From IMG/VR virus record IMGVR_UViG_3300039076_000100, positions 1-35,880 of that record: a stretch of 35,880 bases of DNA; one strand, written 5' to 3'. The position numbers were made by a program, and so were the translations under genes. The notes under the pieces were generated by a model. That model saw only the letters and a program-made list of their open reading frames with translations. It was not told the DNA's origin and did no database searches. This DNA is from a virus. Lineage: Duplodnaviria > Caudoviricetes. Below are positions 7,746 to 17,364 of this stretch, one piece after another (the stretch's first letter is position 1; each line of letters begins with the position of its first letter).

Positions 7746-9866
7746 TTAATCCCCGTGGCATTTTATTTTAAAAGCTGTTCTGGCAAGGGCGCCAGTACCA
7801 TCTCTTTGGTAAACAGAAAGAGTAGTGTTTGAAGTATTGTCAACGGCAATCCATCTATCCGCTGTTGACTGGGCGTTTCCTGAACAATTTGGAACAAATG
7901 AAAATCCTGACAGTGTGCAAACTGAAGGGTTGGCGTCTGTGCAGTTTCCAGAAATCCAATCTGCCGTTGTTCCTAGTGTGTTTTTTTCGTTAGTAACGGT
8001 TCCAGTAATACTTACAGCCGCACTATACTGAGGCTCTCCCAGGAATGATTCAGGGGCTGTGGCTACAAAAGAAGTGCCATTAGATCTTAAAACGTTTCTA
8101 TCTGCCCCAGGTGCCACTGTAGTTAAAGGCGATGTGCCGTTTCCAATAACTACTCCGTTTGCCGTAACTGTCGCAAGCCCAGTCCCTCCATTTGCCACTG
8201 GAAGTGTTCCTGTGACTTCTGAAGTGAGAACTATGGACGAGGCAGAAACTACCCCTGATGATGATTTTAATGGCCCCGTGAGACCAGTTGATAGCGTTGT
8301 GGTTCCTAATACTGCCAAGTTTCCAGATACGCTTGTGTTTCCGTTTCCTTTAATTGTAACGACTCCAGATCCGGCGCCGTTTTGGACGGTTAAAACGTTG
8401 TCAGTGTCCGCAGCTGACCCTCTTCTTAAATCAATAGAACCGCCCGCAGTTGAAGTCGTAACTTGAGGAGTCACCGAGTTATTATAAGCTTGCTGAAGGT
8501 TGGTTGTTCCGCCAGTCCCCGCCGTTATTCCAGAAGTATCAAATCTTGAGACTTTTGAAATTTGGCATTGAGAAGAGTTCGTTAAATCCGTTGCTCCTTT
8601 TACGCACGAAATAACCGCTAACAAGGTGCCATTTTCCTGCAATGTAGGGTTAATGATAAAAGACTCATTTGGGATTCCTGCGATTGCCGCAGATAAACTG
8701 CTATAAACAACTTGCCCGTACTGTACTGCGATTCTATTTGTGGCACCCAGATAAACTCTTTGGTTTGTCGATGAGTTTGTTCCTCCACCTACTGCCGTAA
8801 CGGTTCCAGCGTTATCGTAATTAGCAACGTCAAGAGTTGTAAAAAGCGTAGAGCCTACTGCGGTCTGAGTTGATCTAAAAAACTGTGCAAGAGTTAACGT
8901 TCCCGTTGTTACTTCGTGCGGATTTTGATCGTCAGTCGCTAAATTTGAGCTTCTCCTGAAAAGAATTCCTGAAGTTTTATTAAGTGATAGATTGGCACCG
9001 TTTGCTGAAATAATGTTCCCAGTTATATTAAAAGCGCCAATTGCATCGATTAGATCGTAAACTTGTGATATTGGGGCCGGCAAAAAATCCGGTGAGCTTA
9101 TAACTGAAGTGATTGATGTTCTAGTTGGGTGAGAAACTCTTCCAAGGAAAGCTTTTAATCTTCTTTCTTGTGGAGTTGGGTAAGTTGCCTGTTGGGTTAG
9201 TGCACATGTGTCATCAATTAAAATATAACTAATGTCGGCGCTTGCTAGGTTTGTTACCGTTTGAGCGTCAAATGCAGAACAATCTACTTCTTTTACGATT
9301 GGAGCGTCTGAATTTGCCGTATAGTCCGAAAAGGTTAAATTTGAAGCTGTAATGTCAAACTTTGCCGGATCGGAATCAATTGAGATAATGCCGCCACCCT
9401 CTACGCCTGTGTTGATTGTGTGGGCTAACTGATGACCTATTTCAATGTTGTTAAATTGAGCAGCTGAAAGAGTTATGTCATCAGCTATAGTCATGCTTGT
9501 AAAAGAAGGACTTGAGCTTGTGGCAATATCTTGCGGAGTTGAAAGAGTAATTGCCCCCACACCGTTTGAAACTATGACTTGATTAGCGGTTCCGCTTAAA
9601 GTAGAAAGAGTAAACCCTGCGCCGTCACCGATTAAGAGTTGTCCATTGGTCGGCGTTGCTGTTACTCCAGTCCCACCCTTTGAAGCAGGAATGGTTCCAA
9701 TTGTGATAGTTGCGCCGTTTCTAGTGAGTGGAATAGTATCGTAGTCAGTGTTGAACGTGGTTGAGAATGTCGACTCACCTGCACCCTTAGAGCCTGTTGG
9801 CGGAAGGTTTGCATAGATCGTTATTGAGCTTAAAAAAAGCGCTAAAATTAATAATTTATTTTTCAT
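7746..9866 (-). CDS. Long tail fibre, 706 aa, with a predicted Sec signal peptide
   Basis: Fibre repeats GTIPASKGGTG and GTLPVANGGTG; Thr/Ser/Gly-rich; N-terminus MKNKLLILALFLSSITIYA from ATG 9866. Confidence 0.8.
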   Translation of the reverse strand: MKNKLLILALFLSSITIYANLPPTGSKGAGESTFSTTFNTDYDTIPLTRNGATITIGTIPASKGGTGVTATPTNGQLLIGDGAGFTLSTLSGTANQVIVSNGVGAITLSTPQDIATSSSPSFTSMTIADDITLSAAQFNNIEIGHQLAHTINTGVEGGGIISIDSDPAKFDITASNLTFSDYTANSDAPIVKEVDCSAFDAQTVTNLASADISYILIDDTCALTQQATYPTPQERRLKAFLGRVSHPTRTSITSVISSPDFLPAPISQVYDLIDAIGAFNITGNIISANGANLSLNKTSGILFRRSSNLATDDQNPHEVTTGTLTLAQFFRSTQTAVGSTLFTTLDVANYDNAGTVTAVGGGTNSSTNQRVYLGATNRIAVQYGQVVYSSLSAAIAGIPNESFIINPTLQENGTLLAVISCVKGATDLTNSSQCQISKVSRFDTSGITAGTGGTTNLQQAYNNSVTPQVTTSTAGGSIDLRRGSAADTDNVLTVQNGAGSGVVTIKGNGNTSVSGNLAVLGTTTLSTGLTGPLKSSSGVVSASSIVLTSEVTGTLPVANGGTGLATVTANGVVIGNGTSPLTTVAPGADRNVLRSNGTSFVATAPESFLGEPQYSAAVSITGTVTNEKNTLGTTADWISGNCTDANPSVCTLSGFSFVPNCSGNAQSTADRWIAVDNTSNTTLSVYQRDGTGALARTAFKIKCHGD

Positions 9867-9867
9867 A

Positions 9868-10281
9868 TTATGTCCCAAAAATTACACAAACATATTGATT
9901 TGAACCTGACTCAGCTATGACTGAGACGTCACCGGCTACATCGTTGTCCTCAGTTCTACTTTGTTCAAGTCTAATTCCACTTGTCGCTGTAGCTGTTCCA
10001 CCTATTTTGTATCTGATTGGCGCCGTGTTTTGGCCGCCGGCCGAAACCTTCACCCATTTAGCGTCAGCGGGTGCAGTAAATGTCTGTGCCACTGTCGTTA
10101 GGTTTGTTATTTCTTGAAATGAAGGAACTCTTGCGCCAAATTCCACGGGCTGAGTTTCTGTTAAATCTGCTTTAAGCTCAAGCTCATCCAGTAAGGCTTG
10201 AAGCGTTGTCTCAGAAGCAATCCCAGGCGCTGAAATCGACCCTACTGACCTAAGAGGTAAATCTAAATATACACTTGCCAT
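9868..10281 (-). CDS. Small beta-rich virion-associated protein
   Basis: Position in the tail module; AAGGAG RBS; beta-strand-like pattern. Confidence 0.65.
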   Translation of the reverse strand: MASVYLDLPLRSVGSISAPGIASETTLQALLDELELKADLTETQPVEFGARVPSFQEITNLTTVAQTFTAPADAKWVKVSAGGQNTAPIRYKIGGTATATSGIRLEQSRTEDNDVAGDVSVIAESGSNQYVCVIFGT

Positions 10282-10282
10282 C

Positions 10283-10606
10283 TTATAGCTCCTTTACGCT
10301 TACAGTAGCGTCCATTGTCCCACTCCCAGAAGTTCTGGCATAGTGAAGTCTAGCGAGTAGATATTTTGAATCAGCGACATTGTAAAAAATGTCCCCTGCC
10401 TCTGTGACCGCGACTGTTGAATCGGGAAGTAAAACCCACTCTGTGCCATTAATACTCACCGAAACATATACCGAACCCACTGGAGACCCTGTAAAAACAG
10501 CGTGAATTGCAAACCCACCCCTTTGGGCAAGTTGAATATGTTCAGACTGAAAGCTTGCGCTCATATCTCCGTCTTCAATTAACTTATTACTTAAAATGCT
10601 CGCCAT
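10283..10606 (-). CDS. Small beta-sandwich virion-associated protein
   Basis: FTGSPVGSVYVSVSINGTEW...ARLHY; position in the tail module. Confidence 0.65.
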   Translation of the reverse strand: MASILSNKLIEDGDMSASFQSEHIQLAQRGGFAIHAVFTGSPVGSVYVSVSINGTEWVLLPDSTVAVTEAGDIFYNVADSKYLLARLHYARTSGSGTMDATVSVKEL

Positions 10607-10608
10607 TA

Positions 10609-10842
10609 TTATCTCCCTGCTCTGGCCACTATTGGCTTATCGAAACCAGAAGCCTCGCCGTATTTTTCATAGGCGACAATTCTTTTTAAATCTTGTTGAG
10701 CTTGTTTTTCTGCAAGCTTTTTAATTTGTTCTTTTGCAATTTGATCCTGCCCCTTTAATTGAGTGTAGGCAAAAAGCAAGCGATTTAGAAAATTATCAAC
10801 CGCTTTTAATTTTATGGATAGTTTTATAATTATCTTAATCAC
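10609..10842 (-). CDS. Hypothetical protein
   Basis: GTGA overlap with the upstream gene; GAGG RBS. Confidence 0.6.
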   Translation of the reverse strand: MIKIIIKLSIKLKAVDNFLNRLLFAYTQLKGQDQIAKEQIKKLAEKQAQQDLKRIVAYEKYGEASGFDKPIVARAGR

Positions 10843-12476
10843 TTGTTTCCTCTGCTAAATTGTCCATTTTCCATTTTTTTATATTCTGGATCTTTCATTA
10901 TGTTGTTAACTGTGCGAACGAAATCCGCTGGAGATAATGAAGCCGCCTTTAAAAGAGGCTCTGAAAATTTACCCAATGACTCTGGATTGCTTGAAAGTTT
11001 TTTTGCAATTTTACTTGCGGTTATTGCAACAAAAGGAGAACCGTATTTTTTTAAAGTATTAGCAGTTAACCCTCCAAGCGCAGCGCCCGCCGCAGTCCCC
11101 ACAGGCCCTGCCGAGCTACCGACAAGAGCTCCAATACCTGCGCCAAACCCTTCCCTTATCCCGAAATTAGTATTGGTTATGTTTGCGGCGGCTTTATTTT
11201 CGGCCATTTCTTTAACTTTAAAAAGATTTGCAAAGTTTTTATTTTCTCTTTTAAATTGTGTTTTTAGGTTTGGATCAACTTTTCCCGCCAATTCTGCAAT
11301 CCTATCTTGCACTTCTGACCTTAGTTTTAATAGTTCTTGTTGATAACCAGGAAGGTCTTTGTTTGCTTTTGAAAAATTTATCTGGTCGTCAATAGATGCA
11401 CGCCATTTTCTTAGATCTGAAAAGTTAGCGTCTTTTGGAATTGTTTTAATAACCTTGTCTAGCTTTCTAGCAATGTCTTTCCCGTCTACCGTTCCAGACA
11501 ATCTTTCAGATGCTTTTTCAGCGTAAGAAGTTGCTATGTTTTTTACATCTTCAGGCTTAATAGCTAAAGATGGATTATTGTCTAAACTAGAGTATATTTG
11601 CCCTATTTGATCGCCAGATTTTTTTATTGCGTCTTCTGTGTTGACTAAAATGTCTTCAATCCCTGCCCCAGGCGGGATTAAATTGTTGTCTAATACGGTT
11701 TGACCAATTCTATAAATGCTTTTATCTTTAACGGCTTTAGTTGATACTGCCTTGCTTGGACTTATTGCCTCGAAGGCGTATTTTTGAACAGCTCTACCAA
11801 TTTTAGAATCGGCACCTTTTAGCGCCCTTCCGGCTGCGCCAATACCTTCCAATCCACCTTGAAAAACAAGTCCGGTAGCGGCGTCTAGTGCTGCGTTTTG
11901 TGCTCTGTCCTCTAGTTGCAATGGTGAGATTTCTCCCTGAGTGTCACCTGGATTTCTAACAGCTCCCTGAATTGCACCAGAGGCGACTGCTTGTCCCAGT
12001 CTTCCCGCTAGTCCCGCGCCTGCTTTAAATGGAATAGCTCCCGTCGTGGCAATACCACTTGCAAGACCTCCCGCGACTCCTCCGACTGTTGATGCAATAG
12101 GATTTTGCTCTTGAAGTCTTTGCTGTTCTGCTATGTATTGATCTCTTCTTTGAGTGTAACCTTGTTGAGGTTGTTCAATGTTAAATCCTTGAGCTCTTAA
12201 CTGCTCGTCGGTGTTGTCACCAAACAATCCAAGTGCGCCTTGAATTAAGGGCTCTGTCACGGCTTGAATTTGTGGTAAATAGCCAAGTGTTGCCGCTTGT
12301 CCAAAACCTTGAACGGCTGCCTCTAGTGGTTGTGATTGTTGAGGCTGTGGAGCTCCTGCCATTGCTTCAAGCTGAGCAAGCTCTTGTGCCTCTTGAGGAC
12401 TTAGCCCACCCTTAACCGGCTGTGCCAGCATTTCAAGTTGTCTTAATTCTTCTTGCTCACTAGGTGTTAACGCCAT
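10839..12476 (-). CDS. Internal virion/DNA ejection protein (large)
   Basis: Ala/Gly/Gln-rich and helical, Gly-rich hydrophobic hairpins, no Cys; podovirus synteny. Confidence 0.7.
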   Translation of the reverse strand: MALTPSEQEELRQLEMLAQPVKGGLSPQEAQELAQLEAMAGAPQPQQSQPLEAAVQGFGQAATLGYLPQIQAVTEPLIQGALGLFGDNTDEQLRAQGFNIEQPQQGYTQRRDQYIAEQQRLQEQNPIASTVGGVAGGLASGIATTGAIPFKAGAGLAGRLGQAVASGAIQGAVRNPGDTQGEISPLQLEDRAQNAALDAATGLVFQGGLEGIGAAGRALKGADSKIGRAVQKYAFEAISPSKAVSTKAVKDKSIYRIGQTVLDNNLIPPGAGIEDILVNTEDAIKKSGDQIGQIYSSLDNNPSLAIKPEDVKNIATSYAEKASERLSGTVDGKDIARKLDKVIKTIPKDANFSDLRKWRASIDDQINFSKANKDLPGYQQELLKLRSEVQDRIAELAGKVDPNLKTQFKRENKNFANLFKVKEMAENKAAANITNTNFGIREGFGAGIGALVGSSAGPVGTAAGAALGGLTANTLKKYGSPFVAITASKIAKKLSSNPESLGKFSEPLLKAASLSPADFVRTVNNIMKDPEYKKMENGQFSRGNK

Positions 12477-13474
12477 TAGTTTACCGCTAATCCTTGTTGC
12501 TTTGCTCTTAATTCTTGAAGTCTTTGAGCCTGTTGAGCACTTAAGCCTGATTGTTGAGGCTGAGCCATGAATCTTCCAACACTCTGAGCTTCGCTAGTTG
12601 CTCTTTGTCCTGCCTGAGACGAGAGATTTAATATTGCCTGCTGTCTCGCTCTTGCTTTTTGCTCAAGAACCCTTGGCGTATCTCCCGGTTGAGGAAAGTA
12701 TTTTCTTTCCTCTGTTGCGTACTCATCTTTACCAATCGCCGCACCCGACTCAAGTCTCAGATTTGCAGTAATAAAGTTATTTTTAGCTTGCTCGTAAAGC
12801 TTTTGCTCTTCAGATTTTAATGCCTCTGGATAGAGACTTGATCCTGTAATGGTTGTCTTGTATGCGGTTCCAATGTCAGGAGGAAGCATTGCCAGCTCTT
12901 GCTCTGCTAACTTTGCTCTTTCTGCAAAGCCCGCTGCTTTCATTTGCCCCTCAGTTGGAGGCTTTCCAATAACTCCCTCTCTTGACGCCTTAAGCGCTTC
13001 AGATTCGAGCTTCTTAATCTCTGCCTCGGCTTTTCTTCTTGCTATTGGACTCATTGCTAAGTCATCTTTTATTTTTCTTAGCCTTGCTTCTCTTTCTTCT
13101 CTTTTTAAGGGAACGTCTTCTCTGACTGCTTCAGTGTCCGCGGTCATCTTGTCAATTTGCGCCTGTATTAACTTATCTTGCCTTTGCGCTTTTTCTAAAT
13201 CTCTCATTTGCTTTGCATTGTATTCTTCAGTTCTCTTTGAGAATAGATTTGCGTAGCTTTCGGGCTTGTCAAATGCTCCCAAAACTTGATCTGGAGTTAC
13301 GTCATAACCCTGCGACCTAAGTTGCATTGATGTATCAACAGCTTTTAAGGCTTTTTGTCTTGCTGTTTCTTGCCCCTGCATATAAGCCTGGCCAAATCCC
13401 TGCACGGCTTGCTGGGTTGCTAATTCAAGGGCTGACTGTCTTTGCGTAGGCTGTGATTGAATTATTTGAACCAT
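12476..13474 (-). CDS. Internal virion/DNA ejection protein (middle)
   Basis: Coiled coil; PTEGQMKAAGFA...NFITANLRLESGAAI...YFPQPGD motif seen in ejection-type proteins; synteny. Confidence 0.7.
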   Translation of the reverse strand: MVQIIQSQPTQRQSALELATQQAVQGFGQAYMQGQETARQKALKAVDTSMQLRSQGYDVTPDQVLGAFDKPESYANLFSKRTEEYNAKQMRDLEKAQRQDKLIQAQIDKMTADTEAVREDVPLKREEREARLRKIKDDLAMSPIARRKAEAEIKKLESEALKASREGVIGKPPTEGQMKAAGFAERAKLAEQELAMLPPDIGTAYKTTITGSSLYPEALKSEEQKLYEQAKNNFITANLRLESGAAIGKDEYATEERKYFPQPGDTPRVLEQKARARQQAILNLSSQAGQRATSEAQSVGRFMAQPQQSGLSAQQAQRLQELRAKQQGLAVN

Positions 13475-14241
13475 TAAAAGGCCCCCATAGAATATCTGCC
13501 TGGGTTATATCCGGCCATTGATCCGCCCGCCGCGCCTCCAGCTGCACCCGCTGCGCCTGCTGCGCCTCCGAAAGCTCCTGCTCCGGCCATGCCACCTAAC
13601 ACTTGTCCAGCTATTGGAAGTGCTGCTGCTAATAATCCACCAGATCTAGGCTGCGCTTGTTGTCCAAGCTTTAAAACTTTCGATTGGCCTTGCTCATTTA
13701 GAATTTGGTTAATTCCGCCAGTTGCAAAACCTAATTGCTGCTGCTTCATTTGTTGCTGAAGTCCTGGAAGTTGTGCTCTAACCGCGCTTACTTGGTCACT
13801 CAATCCTCTTTGCTGATTAAGAATTGCGCCAATACCTGAAGCCGTCCGCCCTAGTCCTCTTTGTGCGACTAATTGCTGAGCTCTCATTTCTTGGTCTTTG
13901 GCGTTTTGTAGCAATTGGTTTTCTTGTGCTGTAATTTGCTGTTGAGCTATTCCAGACGTGTCTTGATTAATCTGATTTCCGTATTGGGCCAGAAGTTCCG
14001 ATTGAAGACGTCTTCCCTCTGGATCTGCTAAATCAATGACTTCATCTGGAGTTCCAGGAGTTTTCTTTCCTAGTAATGTGTCCTTTAAAGAGTTTCCAAT
14101 TTTAGACAAATCTCCGCCCGTGGCTTTATTTACACCTTCAGCAACGATTCCTCTTTTAAATCCCCCATCGCTGTACCCAACGGCTCCACCTGTTCCAAGT
14201 TGAAAACTAGCATCAATGGCAGTATTTAGCGCCTTTCCCAT
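13474..14241 (-). CDS. Internal virion/pilot (DNA transfer) protein
   Basis: Gln-rich, AQRGLGRTASG, C-terminal Gly/Ala hydrophobic tail; synteny. Confidence 0.7.
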   Translation of the reverse strand: MGKALNTAIDASFQLGTGGAVGYSDGGFKRGIVAEGVNKATGGDLSKIGNSLKDTLLGKKTPGTPDEVIDLADPEGRRLQSELLAQYGNQINQDTSGIAQQQITAQENQLLQNAKDQEMRAQQLVAQRGLGRTASGIGAILNQQRGLSDQVSAVRAQLPGLQQQMKQQQLGFATGGINQILNEQGQSKVLKLGQQAQPRSGGLLAAALPIAGQVLGGMAGAGAFGGAAGAAGAAGGAAGGSMAGYNPGRYSMGAF

Positions 14242-14570
14242 TCCGAAACTCCCATTTTGTACTTAGAAATATGATCGTTTTTAGAAACCATTTCAAAGCC
14301 AAAATTTTCAATAGTAAATTTAGATAAATCAGCACCATTTGCTCGATCATCAGTGAAGCAATAAACGTTTTTTACTCCTGCGCCTTTGCATATTTCAAAA
14401 ACTTGATTTGCTAAAAAGTATCCGTGCCCTTCCTGTCTGTGCTCAGGAAGGACGTAGTAGTCGTTTATTACACAATTTGGAAATTCTACGCGATAACAAA
14501 TAAACCCCTTGTCTGTCTTGATGACATCAAGGTTTTCGCGCTCTTTAATGTATTTTTCGTACATTTCCAT
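14226..14570 (-). CDS. GNAT-family acetyltransferase
   Basis: YVLPEHRQEGHG acetyl-CoA-binding motif A; terminal NFGF. Confidence 0.85.
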   Translation of the reverse strand: MEMYEKYIKERENLDVIKTDKGFICYRVEFPNCVINDYYVLPEHRQEGHGYFLANQVFEICKGAGVKNVYCFTDDRANGADLSKFTIENFGFEMVSKNDHISKYKMGVSEWERR

Positions 14571-15472
14571 TAATACCCTTCGCAGACAACGTCACCGTAA
14601 CTATATTGACCAGATCCGCCATCATGGGCAGTACTCACAAATTGATACACATTGGGGCTGGCGAGATTTGGGTTTACAGCTATAACGTAAGAAGTAAGCT
14701 CACTACCTATGGAGTGCGTACATCTTAAATTTGTAAAACTCTCTGAAAGGTTTGCTTCATAGAGACCCTGAACCGAAAATGTTACCGAGCTAACATAGTG
14801 CCCAGATTGCTCAAGATAGGCACAAGGAGATGTTTCGCAGGCGTTTCTGTATGCATCACCATAAGAAAATGAAAATTGCTTTTTTGCTGGTTGGTTAAAT
14901 GTGTTTACCACCCAAGACGCAAGTGAGTATTGATTAATATTATTACTTGAATTGTTAAAAAACCTACCAATGATTTTATTTAAAGACCCATCATAACCAT
15001 CAGCACCTGGAGCAGTCGAAGAAATAAGTAAATTTAAACTTGTGCCAGTTGATCCTGTTTTTGCGTAAACATAATAAAGATTTGATGATAACTCACTCGC
15101 GCATCCCGAGCATCCCCAGGTTACGTTTGTTTGAGTTGTAGTTTTAACAAAGTTTCCATTTACCGAGAGAATGCACTTGCCGACCCCGACTGTGTTTGCG
15201 TCAACATAAACCAAAGGGCATCCTTCATGAATACCGTTAGTGACCGTTGCAAAGTCTGAAGCGTTTAAAGCAGAAGCCTCGAGCGTTCCATCAGTAACAC
15301 AGCCACCATCAAGAGAATTTACTTTTGAAACAATTTGATTGAAGTCCGCGTTCAGTGCAGACGAAGTTAATACCTGCCCCGCGCTATAATTTGTTCTTGT
15401 GGTTGTAGAGCACGTTGCCGAGTAAGCCTCGATCACAAATAAAAAAGCCAATAATGTAAAGATTATTTTCAT
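14570..15472 (-). CDS. Tail fibre/appendage protein, 300 aa, with a predicted Sec signal peptide
   Basis: ATGA overlap with the nozzle stop; MKIIFTLLAFLFVIEAYS, then the fibre-attachment-like motif YSAGQVLTSSALNADFNQI; 10 Cys. Confidence 0.75.
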   Translation of the reverse strand: MKIIFTLLAFLFVIEAYSATCSTTTRTNYSAGQVLTSSALNADFNQIVSKVNSLDGGCVTDGTLEASALNASDFATVTNGIHEGCPLVYVDANTVGVGKCILSVNGNFVKTTTQTNVTWGCSGCASELSSNLYYVYAKTGSTGTSLNLLISSTAPGADGYDGSLNKIIGRFFNNSSNNINQYSLASWVVNTFNQPAKKQFSFSYGDAYRNACETSPCAYLEQSGHYVSSVTFSVQGLYEANLSESFTNLRCTHSIGSELTSYVIAVNPNLASPNVYQFVSTAHDGGSGQYSYGDVVCEGY

Positions 15473-17364
15473 ACCGCCCAATTCCCGTTTTTATTTAAAT
15501 TAACCTGAGCAGAAATTAGCCCAATATTTCCATCAATTACGTCTTGCTCAAAAACAACCAAAAGCGTCTCTCCGGTTAAACTAATGTCGCATAAAACTGT
15601 AACTGGAATCCTATCATCACCTAAAACATCTACGTCTAATTGTGACACATCTAAAATAAAAGTATCAGCATTATTCGGGAAGTCGTAAGAGCGTTCGTCT
15701 AAAATATCTAGCCCGTATGTAGGGTAGGCTTTAATTGTGATTGGATTGTCATTTCCAATAGCTTTTACGGCCATGGTTTTGAAGTTGTAACTAGAGCTAT
15801 CGTCGCCCGGTTGAATGTATGAAAGCTTGATTGATACTGGGATACTATACTGTGCAAGTGTCCCGTCCTCGTCTCGTCTTGGATTGCTAATTGAGTATGT
15901 ATAAATAAAACCAGCCTGATCGCTTAACAATATGGCCTGATTTCCATTGTCATCTTCACCGTCACAAGCCGAGGTTAGATTGTATTTGAAGTCAAAGACC
16001 CTAAAGCCCCCGAGTCTTTCCTCGTAAACGTAAGCCTTGCGAATGTCCTCGCTTTGCCCTTCTGAAATAAAAGTAATGTATTGGCTATTGATTCCATAAT
16101 ACGCACTAAAAAAGTTTGCAAAGTTGTCGCGATTTAATTCAAAAGTCCATCCGGTTCTAGTGAAAATATCGTCAATGTCTCCATTCCCGAGACTGTAAGG
16201 CATGTTTTGCTCTTTTCTTACCAATGTCCCGCGCTTAATTACTCTCCATCCGTTATCAGATAAAAAGTAAATCAAACCATTACCAATCCTAATCGTGTCC
16301 GCACTCACGCATCCCACGTTTTCGTCTAATATCGCCTGCGCAGGAGTCCCGCCCAATTCAGAATAAATTGTGATTGAGTTTTTCTTAAATATAACCAAGT
16401 AAGGGCTAAGTTGAGAATCATCAAAGAATCCCACCGCTAAGCCTGTTATAGGCCCTTGTCCTGAAACAAGAATAGCACCTGGAATGTCAGCGTTGTCAAA
16501 AGCGTCTGGTAGGTATGGCTTTGAAACAAAGACTTCGTTAGGAAAAGTTGAATTTCCCGCATAAGCCAACCTATCCCCAAAGATTGCCAGATACTTTGCC
16601 CCGCCCGCTTCTGGAGGGAAGTTTGTCGTCGGAGGCGTGATTGTACTCGTAGACATTGCCGTTATGTTATAGGTCGTTGTCCCAAGGTTCACGTCAGCGA
16701 CGAACAGAAACGAACTATTTGCCGTTACGTTTTTTATGTAAATTCTAATTTTATCAATTGAGAGGTTTGTTGCAGTTGTTGGAATAGATGACAGCGCTAA
16801 GGTTTTATTTGCAGCTGTTGCCGTTACCGTTCCAGTTGATGTCGCATTTGACTCAAAGCCTGTTGTGCTTGAATAATAACTGATCGCCGCCTGATAAGTT
16901 GAGCCGTCAGTCAATGATCCGCCTGCCGCGATCGTTGCCGTTGCCGCTGAAGGTGCCGCTTGTCCCAATGGACTAAAATCTGTGCCGTCAAAATAGAACA
17001 GCCCATCATCTTCGACCGCTATAATATGCCTATCGATAAAGGTAACCGCTCTGTGTTTTGAAGTGGCGTCTAGTCCAGTTTCAAGTGCTGTACTTGCACC
17101 AGTGTTAGCGACTTCGTAAATAGTGTCGCCTACTTTTGCCAATCGGTATGAAGTGCCGTCAGACTTCTTGAAAAAGGTTTGACTTATAATTGCCCCACCT
17201 AGTCCGGTGGCGTTGTATCTCTTAAGGCCGTAGCGAGTTTCTTGAACGCCTTCATTATCAATAATGTTTCTAGCGTCTGATAGTTTATCCTGCGCCAAAA
17301 GCCTGAAGCTTACGGGCTGGTTCATTGGACGATAGTTTTTAAGCGCTCTTTTTCTAAGTGTCAT
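15469..17364 (-). CDS. Tail nozzle/tubular protein (P22 gp10 / T7 gp12-like beta-propeller)
   Basis: Size; ARNI...ETRYG; RLAYAG; ITGL; LVIFKKNSI; VGCVS..TI; IYFLSDNG; located after the adaptor. Confidence 0.8.
   Translation of the reverse strand: MTLRKRALKNYRPMNQPVSFRLLAQDKLSDARNIIDNEGVQETRYGLKRYNATGLGGAIISQTFFKKSDGTSYRLAKVGDTIYEVANTGASTALETGLDATSKHRAVTFIDRHIIAVEDDGLFYFDGTDFSPLGQAAPSAATATIAAGGSLTDGSTYQAAISYYSSTTGFESNATSTGTVTATAANKTLALSSIPTTATNLSIDKIRIYIKNVTANSSFLFVADVNLGTTTYNITAMSTSTITPPTTNFPPEAGGAKYLAIFGDRLAYAGNSTFPNEVFVSKPYLPDAFDNADIPGAILVSGQGPITGLAVGFFDDSQLSPYLVIFKKNSITIYSELGGTPAQAILDENVGCVSADTIRIGNGLIYFLSDNGWRVIKRGTLVRKEQNMPYSLGNGDIDDIFTRTGWTFELNRDNFANFFSAYYGINSQYITFISEGQSEDIRKAYVYEERLGGFRVFDFKYNLTSACDGEDDNGNQAILLSDQAGFIYTYSISNPRRDEDGTLAQYSIPVSIKLSYIQPGDDSSSYNFKTMAVKAIGNDNPITIKAYPTYGLDILDERSYDFPNNADTFILDVSQLDVDVLGDDRIPVTVLCDISLTGETLLVVFEQDVIDGNIGLISAQVNLNKNGNWAV

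Noticed and set aside
7746-8050. Diversity-generating retroelement acting on the fibre tip
   Set aside because: No reverse transcriptase gene is present, and I saw no template/variable repeat pair.
7109-13256. Plus-strand ORFs opposite the structural genes (e.g. 8059-8466, 10843-11343, 12849-13256)
   Set aside because: These are antisense shadows of long, motif-bearing genes, with no RBS or recognisable motifs.
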